A stretch of DNA of 64,000 nt, from the NCBI RefSeq assembly GCF_009914755.1, contig NC_060948.1. One strand, written 5' to 3'. Below are positions 13,801 to 28,100 of this stretch, piece by piece; the first letter of the stretch is position 1; every line of letters begins with the position of its first letter. The notes beneath the pieces were generated by a model that saw only the letters and a list, made by a program, of their open reading frames with translations, searched no databases and was not told the DNA's origin. Made by a program: the position numbers and the translations under genes. The DNA is from the human T2T-CHM13v2.0 reference genome, Homo sapiens.

Positions 13801-16800
13801 ATAATATGAAATGGAATGGAATGGAATGGAATGCCCTTGAATTAAATGGACTGGAATGGAATGGACTCGAACAGAGTGGAATGGAAAGTGTTGAAATAGA
13901 ATGGAATGGACTCGTTTGGAATGGTCTAGTATGCAATGCAATCGACTGGCAGGGAATCAAAAGGAATGTAATCGAATGGATTGGACTGGAATGCAATGGA
14001 CTCGAATAGATTGGAAACGGAAAGCAAAGGAATGGAATGGAATAGTATGGAATGGAATGGAAAGGAATGGAGTGGAATAGACTAGAGTGGAATGGAATGG
14101 ACTGGAAAGCAATGGACTGGAATGGAACTTTCTTGAATGGACTGGAATCAAACGGAATGGAATGCAATGCAATCAAATGGCATGGAATAAAATAGAATGA
14201 AAGAGAATCAAATGGAATTGAATCGAATGGAATCGAATGGATTGGAAAGGAATAGAATGGAATGGAACGGAATTGACTCAAATGGAATGGACTAGAATGG
14301 AATGGATTCGAATGGAAGGCAAATGAATGGAATCTATTGGAATGGACTGTAATGGAATGGAATGGAAGGGATTGGAATGGACTCGAATAGAATGGACTGC
14401 AATAGAAAGGATTCGAATGGAATGAAAAAGAATTGAATGAAATAGAAGAGAATGGAAACAAATCGAATGAAATGGAATGGAAGAGAAAGGAATGGAATGA
14501 AATGGAATGGAAAGGATTCGAATGGAATGCAATCGAATGGAATGGAATCGAACGGAATGGAATAAAATGGAAGAAAACTGGCAAGAAATGGAATCGAAAT
14601 GAATGGAGTGTTATGGAACGGACTCAAAAGGAATTGAATGTAATAGAATGGAGTGGAGTGGACTCGAATATAATGGACTGGAATGGAATGAAATCACATG
14701 GAATGGGAACGAATGGAATGGAATGGAAAGGAATGGAATCGAATGGAAAGGAATCGAATGGAAGGGAATGAAATTGAATCAACAGGAATGGAAGGGAGTA
14801 GAATAGACGGTAATGGAATGGACTCGAATAGAATGGACACGAATGCTCAAATTGAATGGACTCGAATGGAATGGAAACGAAAGGAATGTCATCGAATGGA
14901 ATTGAATCGATTGGAATGAAATCGCATAGAATGGAGTGGAATCAAATGGAATTGAATCGAAAGGAAAGGAAGCGAATGGACTGAAATGAAATGGAATGGA
15001 ATTGAATGGAAAGTAATGCAATGGAATAGAATGGAACGAAATTTCACGGAATGGAATCAAACTGAATGGAATCAAATCAATGGAATATAATCAAATGGAA
15101 TGGAAAGGAATTGAACGGAGTAGATTGGATTGGATGGGATTGGAATGAAATGTACTGGAAAGGACTCGAAATTCATGAAACGGAATGGAATGAACTGGAA
15201 CGGAATGGAATCGAATGGAATGGAATGTCATGTAATGGCATCAAATGGAATGGAATCGAATGCGATGGAATGCTATGGAATGGAATGGAATGCATAGGAA
15301 TGGAATGTCCTCTAATGGAATGTATTCGAGTGGAATGGAATCGAATATAATGCAGTCTAATGAAATGGAATTGAAAGGAATGGGACCGAATACAATGGAA
15401 TAAACTGGAATGTAATGTAATGAACTCGAATGTAATTGACTGGAATGGAATGTACATGAATGGAATGTAATCGCATGGAAAGCAATCCAATGGAATAGAA
15501 TCTAATGCAATAAAATCGACTCAAATAGAGTAGAATGTAATGGAATGGAGTGCAGTGCAATGGAATGGAATGGAATGCAACGGAATGGAATGGAATGGAA
15601 TGGAATGGGATGGAATGGTATGGAATGGATAGTAATGGACTGGAGTGAAATGGACTGGAAAAGAATGGACTCAAATTGAAAGGGCTCGAAAGGAATGGAG
15701 TCAAATGGAATGGTCTGGAATGGAATGAACACGAATGTAATGCAATCCAATAGAATGGAATCGAATGGCATAGAATATAAAGAAATGGAATCGAAGAGAA
15801 TGGAAACAAATGGAATGGAATTGAATGGAATGGAATTGAATGGAATGGGAACGAATGGAGTGAAATTGTATGCAGTAGAAGAGAATAGAATGGAATGCAA
15901 GCGAAAGGAAAGGAATGGATTGGAATGGAATGGAATTCATTGGAATGGAAGGGAATGTAGTGTAATGGACAGGCCTGGAATAAAGTGGAATGCTACGGTC
16001 TCGAATGGAATAAAAATGTATGGAATGGAATGCAATGAAACGGAATCGAATGTCATAGAATGTAATGCAATGCAAAAAAATGGAATCCAAAATCATTGAC
16101 TGGAAAGGCTGGGTGTCGAAAGGAATTGACTCCAATGGAATGGAATCGAATGGAATGGAAGTGAATAGAATCGAACTAAATCGAATGGAATGGAATTGAT
16201 AGGAACGGAATGGAAAGGAATGCAATGATTTGGCATGGAATGGAATCGAAAGGCATCGAATGGAATGGAATGGAATGCAATGGAATGGAAGGTATTAGAA
16301 TGTAATGAACATTAATGGAAAGTACTCGAATGGATTCGACTGGAATGGAATGTTCTGGAAGTGAATGGACTCCAATGGAATGGATTCGAAAGGAATGGAA
16401 TCGAACGGAATGGAATTAAACGGAAATGAATCAAATAGAATAGAACGGAATTGAATTGAATGGAATCGAATGCAATGGAATCTAATGAAACGGAAAGGAA
16501 TGGAATGGAATGGGCTGGAATGGAATGGAATCGAAACGAATGGAATGGAATCGAACTGAAGAGACTGGAATGGAATGCACTGGAATGGAAGGGAATGTAA
16601 TGGAAGGTTCTCGAAAAAAATGGAATCGAAAGGAATGGAATTGAATGGAACGGAATAGAGTCGAATGGAATTCAATGGAATGGAATGGACTAGAGTGAAA
16701 TGGAATCGAACCACAAGGAATGGACAGGAATAGAATGGTCTCGAATTGAATGGAATCGTATGGAATGGCATCAAACGGAATGGAATGGACGGCCACGGAA

Positions 16801-19800
16801 TGGAATGCACTCGAATGCAATGGAGTCGAAACTAATGGACTGGAATAGAATGGACTCGACTGGTACGGACTCCAATGGAATGGAATCGAATGGAAGGGAA
16901 TCGAACGGAATGGACTCGAAGGGAAAAGACTGCAATGGAAAGGTCTCGAATGGAATGGAAATTAATGGAATGGAATGGAATCGAATGAAATGGAGTCAAA
17001 AGGAATGGAATCGAATGGCAAGAAATCGAATGTAATGGAATCGCAAGGAATTGATGTGAACGGAACGGAATGGAATGGAATCCAAAGGAATGGAATAGAA
17101 TGGAATGGAATCGAATGGAAAGGACTCGAATGGAAATCACTCGAATAGAATGCAATTTAATAAAATAGGATCAAATGTAATGGAATGGAATGGAAAGGAA
17201 TCGAAACGAAAGGAATGGAGACAGATGGAATGGAATGGAACAGAGAGCAATGGTATAGAATGGAATGGAATCATCTGGAATGGAATTGAATGGAATGGAA
17301 TAATATGAAATGGAATGGAATGGAATGGAATACCCTTGAATTAAATGGACTGGAATGGAATGGACTCGAACAGAGTGGAATGGAAAGTGTTGAAATAGAA
17401 TGGAATGGACTCGTTTGGAATGGTCTAGTATGCAATGCAATCGACTGGCAGGGAATCAAAAGGAATGTAATCGAATGGATTGGACTGGAATGCAATGGAC
17501 TCGAATAGATTGGAAACGGAAAGCAAAGGAATGGAATGGAATAGTATGGAATGGAATGCAAAGGAATGGAGTGGAATAGACTAGAGTGGAATGGAATGGA
17601 CTGGAAAGCAATGGACTGGAATGGAACTTTCTTGAATGGACTGGAATCAAACGGAATGGAATGCAATGCAATCAAATGGCATGGAATAAAATAGAATGAA
17701 AGAGAATCAAATGGAATTGAATCGAATGGAATCGAATGGATTGGAAAGGAATAGAATGGAATGGAATGGAATTGACTCAAATGGAATGGACTAGAATGGA
17801 ATGGATTCGAATGGAAGGCAAAGGAATGGAATCTATTGGAATGGACTGTAATGGAATGGAATGGAAGGGATTGTAATGGACTCGAATGGAATGGACTGCA
17901 GTAGAAAGGATTCGAATGGAATGAAAAAGAATTGAATGGAATAGAACAGAATGGAATCAAATCGAATGAAATGGAATGGAATAGAAAGGAATGGAATGAA
18001 ATGGAATGGAAAGGATTCGAATGGAATGCAATCGAATGGAATGAAATCGAATGGAATGGAATCGAACGGAATGGAATAAAATGGAAGAAAACTGGCAAGA
18101 AATGGAATCGAAATGAATGGAGTGTTACGGAACGGACTCAAAAGGAATTGAATGTAATAGAATGGAGTGGAGTGGACTCGAATATAATGGACTAGAATGG
18201 AATGAAATCACATGGAATGGGAACGAATGGAATGGAATGGAAAGGAATGGAATCGAATGGAAAGGAATCGAATGGAAGGGAATGAAATTGAATCAACAGG
18301 AATGGAAGGGAGTAGAATAGACGGTAATGGAATGGACTCGAATAGAATGGACACGAATGCTCAAATTGAATGGACTCGAATGGAATGGCAACGAAAGGAA
18401 TGTCATCGAATGGAATTGAATCGTTGGAATGAAATCACATAGAATGGAGTGGAATCAAATGGAATTGAATCGAAAGGAAAGGAAGCGAATGGACTGAAAT
18501 GAAATGGAATGGAATTGAATGGAAATTAATGCAATGGAATAGAATGGAACGAAATTTCACGGAATGGAATCAAACTGAATGGAATCAAATCAATGGAATA
18601 TAATCAAATGGAATGGAAAGGAATTGAATGGAGTAGATTGGATTGGATGGGATTGGAATGAAATGTACTGGAAAGGACTCGAATTTCATGAAACGGAATG
18701 GAATGAATTAGAACGGAATGGACTCGAATGGAATGGAATGTCATGGAATGGCATCAAATGGAATGGAATCGAATGCAATGGAATGCTTTGGAATGGAATG
18801 GAATGCATTGGAATGGAATGTCCTCTAATGGAATGTATTCGAGTGGAATGGAATCGAATATAATGGAGTCTAATGAAATGGAATTGAAAGGAATGGGACC
18901 GAATACAATGGAATATACTGGAATGTAATGTAATGAACTCGAATGTAATTGACTGGAATGGAATGTACATGAATGGAATGTAATCGAATGGAAAGCAATC
19001 CAATGGAATAGAATCTAATGCAATAAAATCGACTCAAATAGAGTAGAATGTAATGGAATGGAGTGCAGTGCAATGGAATGGAATGGAATGGAATGCAATG
19101 GAATGGAATGGAATGGAATGGGATGGAATGGTATGGAATGGATAGTAATGGACTGGAGTGAAATGGACTGGAAAAGAATGGACTCAAATTGAAAGGGCTC
19201 GAAAGGAATGGAGTCAAATGGAATGGTCTGGACTGGAATGAACACGAATGTAATGCAATCCAATAGAATGGAATCGAATGGCATGGAATATAAAGAAATG
19301 GAATCGAAGAGAATGGAAACAAATGGAATGGAATTGAATGGAATGGAATTGAATGGAATGGGAACGAATGGAGTGAAATTGTATGCAGTAGAAGAGAATA
19401 GAATGGAATGCAAGCGAAAGGAAAGGAATGGATTGGAATGGAATGGAATTCATTGGAATGGAAGGGAATGTAGTGTAATGGACAGGCCTGGAATAAAGTG
19501 GAATGCTACGGTCTCGAATGGAATAAAAATGTATGGAACGGAATGCAATGAAACGGAATCGAATGTCATAGAATGTAATGGAATGCAAAAAAATGGACTC
19601 CAAAATCATTGACTGGAAAGGCTGGGTGTCGAAAGGAATTGACTCCAATGGAATGGAATCGAATGGAATGGAAGTGAATAGAATCGAACTAAATCGAATG
19701 GAATGGAATTGATAGGAACGGAATGGAAAGGAATGCAATGATTTGGCATGGAATGGAATCGAATGGCATCGAATGGAATGGAATGGAATGCAATGGAATG

Positions 19801-22800
19801 GAATGTATTAGAATGTAATGAACTTTAATGGAATGTACTCGAATGGATTCGACTGGAATGGAATGTTCTCGAAGTGAATGGACTCCAATGGAATGGATTC
19901 GAAAGGAATGGAATCTAATGGAATGGAATTAAATGGAAATGAATCAAATTGAATAGAACGGAATTGAATTGAATGGAATCGAATGCAATGGAATCTAATG
20001 AAACGGAAAGGAAAGGAATGGAATGGATTGGAATGGAATGGGCTGGAATGGAATGGAATCGAAACGAATGGAATGGAATCGAACTGAAGAGACTGGAATG
20101 GAATGCACTGGAATGGAAGGGAATGTAATGGAAGGTTCTCGAAAAAAATGGAATCGAAAGGAATGGAATTGAATGGAACGGAATAGAGTCGAATGGAATT
20201 GAATGGAATGGAATGGACTAGAGTGAAATGGAATCGAACCACAAGGAATGGACAGGAATAGAATGGTCTCGAATTGAATGGAATCGTATGGAATGGCATC
20301 AAACGGAATGGAATGGACAGCCACGGAATGGAATGGACACCCACGGAATGGAATGCACTCGAATGCAATGGAGTCGACACTAATGGACTGGAATAGAATG
20401 GACTCGACTGGTACGGACTCCAATGGAATGGAATCGAATGGAAGGGAATCGAAAGGAATGGACTCGAAGGGAAAAGACTGCAATGGAAAGGTCTCGAATG
20501 GAATGGAAATTAATGGAATGGAATGGAATCGAATGAAATGGAGTCAAAAGGAATGGAATCGAATGGCAAGAAATCGAATGTAATGGAATCGCAAGGAATT
20601 GATGTGAACGGAACGGAATGGAATGGAATCCAAAGGAATGGAATAGAATGGAATGGAATCGAATGGAAAGGACTCGAATGGAAATCACTCGAATAGAATG
20701 CAATTTAATAAAATAGGATCAAATGTAATGGAATGGAATGGAAAGGAATCGAAACGAAAGGAATGGAGACAGATGGAATGGAATGGAACAGAGAGCAATG
20801 GTATAGAATGGAATGGAATCATCTGGAATGGAATTGAATGGAATGGAATAATATGAAATGGAATGGAATGGAATGGAATGCCCTTGAATTAAATGGACTG
20901 GAATGCAATGGACTCGAACAGAGTGGAATGGAAAGTGTTGAAATAGAATGGAATGGACTCGTTTGGAATGGTCTAGTATGCAATGCAATCGACTGGCAGG
21001 GAATCAAAAGGAATGTAATCGAATGGATTGGACTGGAATGCAATGGACTCGAATAGATTGGAAGCGGAAAGCAAAGGAATGGAATGGAATAGTATGGAAT
21101 GGAATGCAAAGGAATGGAGTGGAATAGACTAGAGTGGAATGGAATGGACTCGAAAGCAATGGACTGGAATGGAACTTTCTTGAATGGACTGGAATCAAAC
21201 GGAATGGAATGCAATGCAATCAAATGGCATGGAATAAAATAGAATGAAAGAGAATCAAATGGAATTGAATCGAATGGAATCGAATGGATTGGAAAGGAAT
21301 AGAATGGAATGGAATGGAATTGACTCAAATGGAATGGACTAGAATGGAATGGATTCGAATGGAAGGCAAAGGAATGGAATCTATTGGAATGGACTGTAAT
21401 GGAATGGAATGGAAGGGATTGGAATGGACTCGAATGGAATGCGCTGCAATAGAAAGGATTCGAATGGAATGAAAAAGAATTGAATGGAATAGAACAGAAT
21501 GGAATCAAATCGAATGAAATGGAATGGAATAGAAAGGAATGCAATGAAATGGAATGGAAAGGATTCCAATGGAATGCAATCGAATGGAATGAAATCGATT
21601 GGAATGGAATCGAACGGAATGGAATAAAATGGAAGAAAACTGGCAAGAAATGGAGTCGAAATGAATGGAGTGTTATGGAACGGACTCAAAAGGAATTGAA
21701 TGTAATAGAATGGAGTGGAGTGGACTCGAATATAATGGACTGGAGTGGAATGAAATCACATGGAATGGGAACGAATGGAATGGAATGGAAAGGAATGGAA
21801 TCGAATGGAAAGGAATCGAATGGAAGGGAATGAAATTGAATCAACAGGAATGGAAGGGAGTAGAATCGACGGTAATGGAATGGACTCGAATAGAATGGAC
21901 ACGAATGCTCAAATTGAATGGACTCGAATGGAATGGAAACGAAAGGAATGTCATCGAATGGAATTGAATCGATTGGAATGAAATCACATAGAATGGAGTG
22001 GAATCAAATGGAATTGAATCGAAAGGAAAGGAAGCGAATGGACTGAAATGAAATGGAATGGAATTGAATGGAAATTAATGCAATGGAATAGAATGGAACG
22101 AAATTTCACGGAATGGAATCAAACTGAATGGAATCAAATCAATGGAATATAATCAAATGGAATGGAAAGGAATTGAATGGAGTAGATTGGATTGGATGGG
22201 ATTGGAATGAAATGTACTGGAAAGGACTCGAATTTCATGAAACGGAATGGAATGAATTAGAACGGAATGGACTCGAATGGAATGGAATGTCATGGAATGG
22301 CATCAAATGGAATGGAATCGAATGCGATGGAATGCTATGGAATGGAATGGAATGCATTGGAATGGAATGTCCTCTAATGGAATGGATTCGAGTGGAATGG
22401 AATCGAATATAATGGAGTCTAATGAAATAGAATTGAAAGGAATGGGACCGAATACAATGGAATATACTGGAATGTAATGTAATGAACTCGAATGTAATTG
22501 ACTGGAATGGAATGTACGTGAATGGAATGTAATCGAATGGAAAGCAATCCAATGGAATAGAATCTAATGCAATAAAATCGAGTCAAATAGAGTAGAATGT
22601 AATGGAATGGAGTGCAGTGCAATGGAATGGAATGGAATGGAATGCAATGGAATGGAATGGAATGGAATGGAATGGAATGGGATGGAATGGTATGGAATGG
22701 ATAGTAATGGACTGGAGTGAAATGGACTGGAAAAGAATGGACTCAAATTGAAAGGGCTCGAAAGGAATGGAGTCAAATGGAATGGTCTGGAATGGAATGA

Positions 22801-25165
22801 ACACGAATGTAATGCAATCCAATAGAATGGAATCGAATGGCATGGAATATAAAGAAATGGAATCGAAGAGAATGGAAACAAATGGAATGGAATTGAATGG
22901 AATGGAATTGAATGGAATGAGAACGAATGGAGTGAAATTGTATGCAGTAGAAGAGAATAGAATGGAATGCAAGCGAAAGGAAAGGAATGGATTGGAATGG
23001 AATGGAATTCATTGGAATGGAAGGGAATGTAGTGTAATGGACAGGCCTGGAATAAAGTGGAATGCTACGGTCTCGAATGGAATAAAAATGTATGGAATGG
23101 AATGCAATGAAACGGAATCGAATGTCATAGAATGTAATGGAATGCAAAAAAATGGAATCCAAAATCATTGACTGGAAAGGCTGGGTGTCGAAAGGAATTG
23201 ACTCCAATGGAATGGAATCGAATGGAATGGAAGTGAATAGAATCGAACTAAATCGAATGGAATGGAATTGATAGGAACGGAATGGAAAGGAATGCAATGA
23301 TTTGGCATGGAATGGAATCGAATGGCATCGAATGGAATGGAATGGAATGCAATGGAATGGAATGTATTAGAATGGAATGAACTTTAATGGAATGTACTCG
23401 AATGGATTCGACTGGAATGGAATGTTCTCGAAGTGAACGGACTCCAATGGAATGGATTCGAAAGGAATGGAAACTAATGGAATGGAATTAAACGGAAATG
23501 AATCAAATAGAATAGAACGGAATTGAATTGAATGGAATCGAATGCAATGGAATCTAATGAAACGGAAAGGAATGGAATGGAATGGGCTGGAATGGAATGG
23601 AATCGAAACGAATGGAATGGAATCGAACTGAAGAGACTGGAATGGAATGCACTGGAATGGAAGGGAATGTAATGGAAGGTTCTCGAAAAAAATGGAATCG
23701 AAAGGAATGGAATTGAATGGAACGGAATAGAGTCGAATGGAATTCAATGGAATGGAATGGACTAGAGTGAAATGGAATCGAACCACAAGGAATGGACAGG
23801 AATAGAATGGTCTCGAATTGAATGGAATCGTATGGAATGGCATCAAACGGAATGGAATGGACAGCCACGGAATGGAATGGACACCCACGGAATGGAATGC
23901 ACTCGAATGCAATGGAGTCGACACTAATGGACTGGAATAGAATGGACTCGACTGGTACGGACTCCAATGGAATGGAATCGAATGGAAGGGAATCGAAAGG
24001 AATGGACTCGAAGGGAAAAAACTGCAATGGAAAGGTCTCCAATGGAATGGAAATTAATGGAATGGAATGGAATCGAATGAAATGGAGTCAAAAGGAATGG
24101 AATCGAATGGCAAGAAATCGAATGTAATGGAATCGCAAGGAATTGATGTGAACGGAACGGAATGGAATGGAATCCAAAGGAATGGAATAGAATGGAATGG
24201 AATCGAATGGAAAGGACTCGAATGGAAATCACTCGAATAGAATGCAATTTAATAAAATAGGATCAAATGTAATGGAATGGAATGGAAAGGAATCGAAACG
24301 AAAGGAATGGAGACAGATGGAATGGAATGGAACAGAGAGCAATGGTATAGAATGGAATGGAATCATCTGGAATGGAATTGAATGGAATGGAATAATATGA
24401 AATGGAATGGAATGGAATGGAATGCCCTTGAATTAAATGGACTGGAATGCAATGGACTCGAACAGAGTGGAATGGAAAGTGTTGAAATAGAATGGAATGG
24501 ACTCGTTTGGAATGGTCTAGTATGCAATGCAATCGACTGGCAGGGAATCAAAAGGAATGTAATCGAATGGATTGGACTGGAATGCAATGGACTCGAATAG
24601 ATTGGAAACGGAAAGCAAAGGAATGGAATGGAATAGTATGGAATGGAATGCAAAGGAATGGAGTGGAATAGACTAGAGTGGAATGGAATGGACTCGAAAG
24701 CAATGGACTGGAATGGAACTTTCTTGAATGGACTGGAATCAAACGGAATGGAATGCAATGCAATCAAATGGCATGGAATAAAATAGAATGAAAGAGAATC
24801 AAATGGAATTGAATCGAATGGAATCGAATGGATTGGAAAGGAATAGAATGGAATGGAATGGAATTGACTCAAATGGAATGGACTAGAATGGAATGGATTC
24901 GAATGGAAGGCAAAGGAATGGAATCTATTGGAATGGACTGTAATGGAATGGAATGGAAGGGATTGGAATGGACTCGAATGGAATGGACTGCAGTAGAAAG
25001 GATTCGAATGGAATGAAAAAGAATTGAATGGAATAGAACAGAATGGAATCAAATCGAATGAAATGGAATGGAATAGAAAGGAATGGAATGAAATGGAATG
25101 GAAAGGATTCGAATGGAATGCAATCGAATGGAATGCAATCGAATGGAATGGAATCGAACGGAATG
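4840..25165 (+). repeat. First copy of a near-identical >=20 kb block repeated 38,850 bp downstream
   Basis: Variant-bearing ORFs recur at exactly +38,850 (5125/43975, 8639/47489, 12181/51031, 15695/54545, 19208/58058) and at +38,835 after a 15 bp indel (22767/61602). Rare private variants are shared, e.g. aaacctcatg at 7404/46254 and agaagtaatg at 9001/47851. Confidence 0.9.
6032..6046. promoter_or_regulatory. Perfect heat-shock element motif gGAAg-gTTCt-cGAAa (15 of 18 monomers)
   Basis: Seen at 6032-6046 and homologous sites. Broken to ggaaggttctcaaga in the three A-type monomers (~2533, ~13103, ~51953). Function not demonstrated. Confidence 0.45.
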
Positions 25166-28100
25166 GAATAAAATGGAAGAAAACTGGCAAGAAATGGAAT
25201 CGAAATGAATGGAGTGTTATGGAACGGACTCAAAAGGAATTGAATGTAATAGAATGGAGTGGAGTGGACTCGAATATAATGGACTGGAATGGAATGAAAT
25301 CACATGGAATGGGAACGAATGGAATGGAATGGAAAGGAATGGAATCGAATGCAAAGGAATCGAATGGAAGGGAATGAAATTGAATCAACAGGAATGGAAG
25401 GGAGTAGAATAGACGGTAATGGAATGGACTCGAATAGAATGGACACGAATGCTCAAATTGAATGGACTCGAATGGAATGGAAACGAAAGGAATGTCATCG
25501 AATGGAATTGAATCGATTGGAATGAAATCACATAGAATGGAGTGGAATCAAATGGAATTGAATCGAAAGGAAAGGAAGCGAATGGACTGAAATGAAATGG
25601 AATGGAATTGAATGGAAAGTAATGCAATGGAATAGAATGGAACGAAATTTCACGGAATGGAATCAAACTGAATGGAATCAAATCAATGGAATATAATCAA
25701 ATGGAATGGAAAGGAATTGAACGGAGTAGATTGGATTGGATGGGATTGCAATGAAATGTACTGGAAAGGACTCGAAATTCATGAAACGGAATGGAATGAA
25801 CTGGAACGGAATGGAATCGAATGGAATGGAATGTCATGTAATGGCATCAAATGGAATGGAATCGAATGCGATGGAATGCTATGGAATGGAATGGAATGCA
25901 TAGGAATGGAATGTCCTCTAATGGAATGTATTCGAGTGGAATGGAATCGAATATAATGCAGTCTAATGAAATGGAATTGAAAGGAATGGGACCGAATACA
26001 ATGGAATAAACTGGAATGTAATGTAATGAACTCGAATGTAATTGACTGGAATGGAATGTACATGAATGGAATGTAATCGCATGGAAAGCAATCCAATGGA
26101 ATAGAATCTAATGCAATAAAATCGACTCAAATAGAGTAGAATGTAATGGAATGGAGTGCAGTGCAATGGAATGGAATGGAATGCAACGGAATGGAATGGA
26201 ATGGAATGGAATGGGATGGAATGGTATGGAATGGATAGTAATGGACTGGAGTGAAATGGACTGGAAAAGAATGGACTCAAATTGAAAGGGCTCGAAAGGA
26301 ATGGAGTCAAATGGAATGGTCTGGAATGGAATGAACACGAATGTAATGCAATCCAATAGAATGGAATCGAATGGCATAGAATATAAAGAAATGGAATCGA
26401 AGAGAATGGAAACAAATGGAATGGAATTGAATGGAATGGAATTGAATGGAATGGGAACGAATGGAGTGAAATTGTATGCAGTAGAAGAGAATAGAATGGA
26501 ATGCAAGCGAAAGGAAAGGAATGGATTGGAATGGAATGGAATTCATTGGAATGGAAGGGAATGTAGTGTAATGGACAGGCCTGGAATAAAGTGGAATGCT
26601 ACGGTCTCGAATGGAATAAAAATGTATGGAATGGAATGCAATGAAACGGAATCGAATGTCATAGAATGTAATGGAATGCAAAAAAATGGAATCCAAAATC
26701 ATTGACTGGAAAGGCTGGGTGTCGAAAGGAATTGACTCCAATGGAATGGAATCGAATGGAATGGAAGTGAATAGAATCGAACTAAATCGAATGGAATGGA
26801 ATTGATAGGAACGGAATGGAAAGGAATGCAATGATTTGGCATGGAATGGAATCGAAAGGCATCGAATGGAATGGAATGGAATGCAATGGAATGGAATGTA
26901 TTAGAATGTAATGAACATTAATGGAAAGTACTCGAATGGATTCGACTGGAATGGAATGTTCTGGAAGTGAATGGACTCCAATGGAATGGATTCGAAAGGA
27001 ATGGAATCGAACGGAATGGAATTAAACGGAAATGAATCAAATAGAATAGAACGGAATTGAATTGAATGGAATCGAATGCAATGGAATCTAATGAAACGGA
27101 AAGGAATGGAATGGAATGGGCTGGAATGGAATGGAATCGAAACGAATGGAATGGAATCGAACTGAAGAGACTGGAATGGAATGCACTGGAATGGAAGGGA
27201 ATGTAATGGAAGGTTCTCGAAAAAAATGGAATCGAAAGGAATGGAATTGAATGGAACGGAATAGAGTCGAATGGAATTCAATGGAATGGAATGGACTAGA
27301 GTGAAATGGAATCGAACCACAAGGAATGGACAGGAATAGAATGGTCTCGAATTGAATGGAATCGTATGGAATGGCATCAAACGGAATGGAATGGACGGCC
27401 ACGGAATGGAATGCACTCGAATGCAATGGAGTCGAAACTAATGGACTGGAATAGAATGGACTCGACTGGTACGGACTCCAATGGAATGGAATCGAATGGA
27501 AGGGAATCGAACGGAATGGACTCGAAGGGAAAAGACTGCAATGGAAAGGTCTCGAATGGAATGGAAATTAATGGAATGGAATGGAATCGAATGAAATGGA
27601 GTCAAAAGGAATGGAATCGAATGGCAAGAAATCGAATGTAATGGAATCGCAAGGAATTGATGTGAACGGAACGGAATGGAATGGAATCCAAAGGAATGGA
27701 ATAGAATGGAATGGAATCGAATGGAAAGGACTCGAATGGAAATCACTCGAATAGAATGCAATTTAATAAAATAGGATCAAATGTAATGGAATGGAATGGA
27801 AAGGAATCGAAACGAAAGGAATGGAGACAGATGGAATGGAATGGAACAGAGAGCAATGGTATAGAATGGAATGGAATCATCTGGAATGGAATTGAATGGA
27901 ATGGAATAATATGAAATGGAATGGAATGGAATGGAATACCCTTGAATTAAATGGACTGGAATGGAATGGACTCGAACAGAGTGGAATGGAAAGTGTTGAA
28001 ATAGAATGGAATGGACTCGTTTGGAATGGTCTAGTATGCAATGCAATCGACTGGCAGGGAATCAAAAGGAATGTAATCGAATGGATTGGACTGGAATGCA

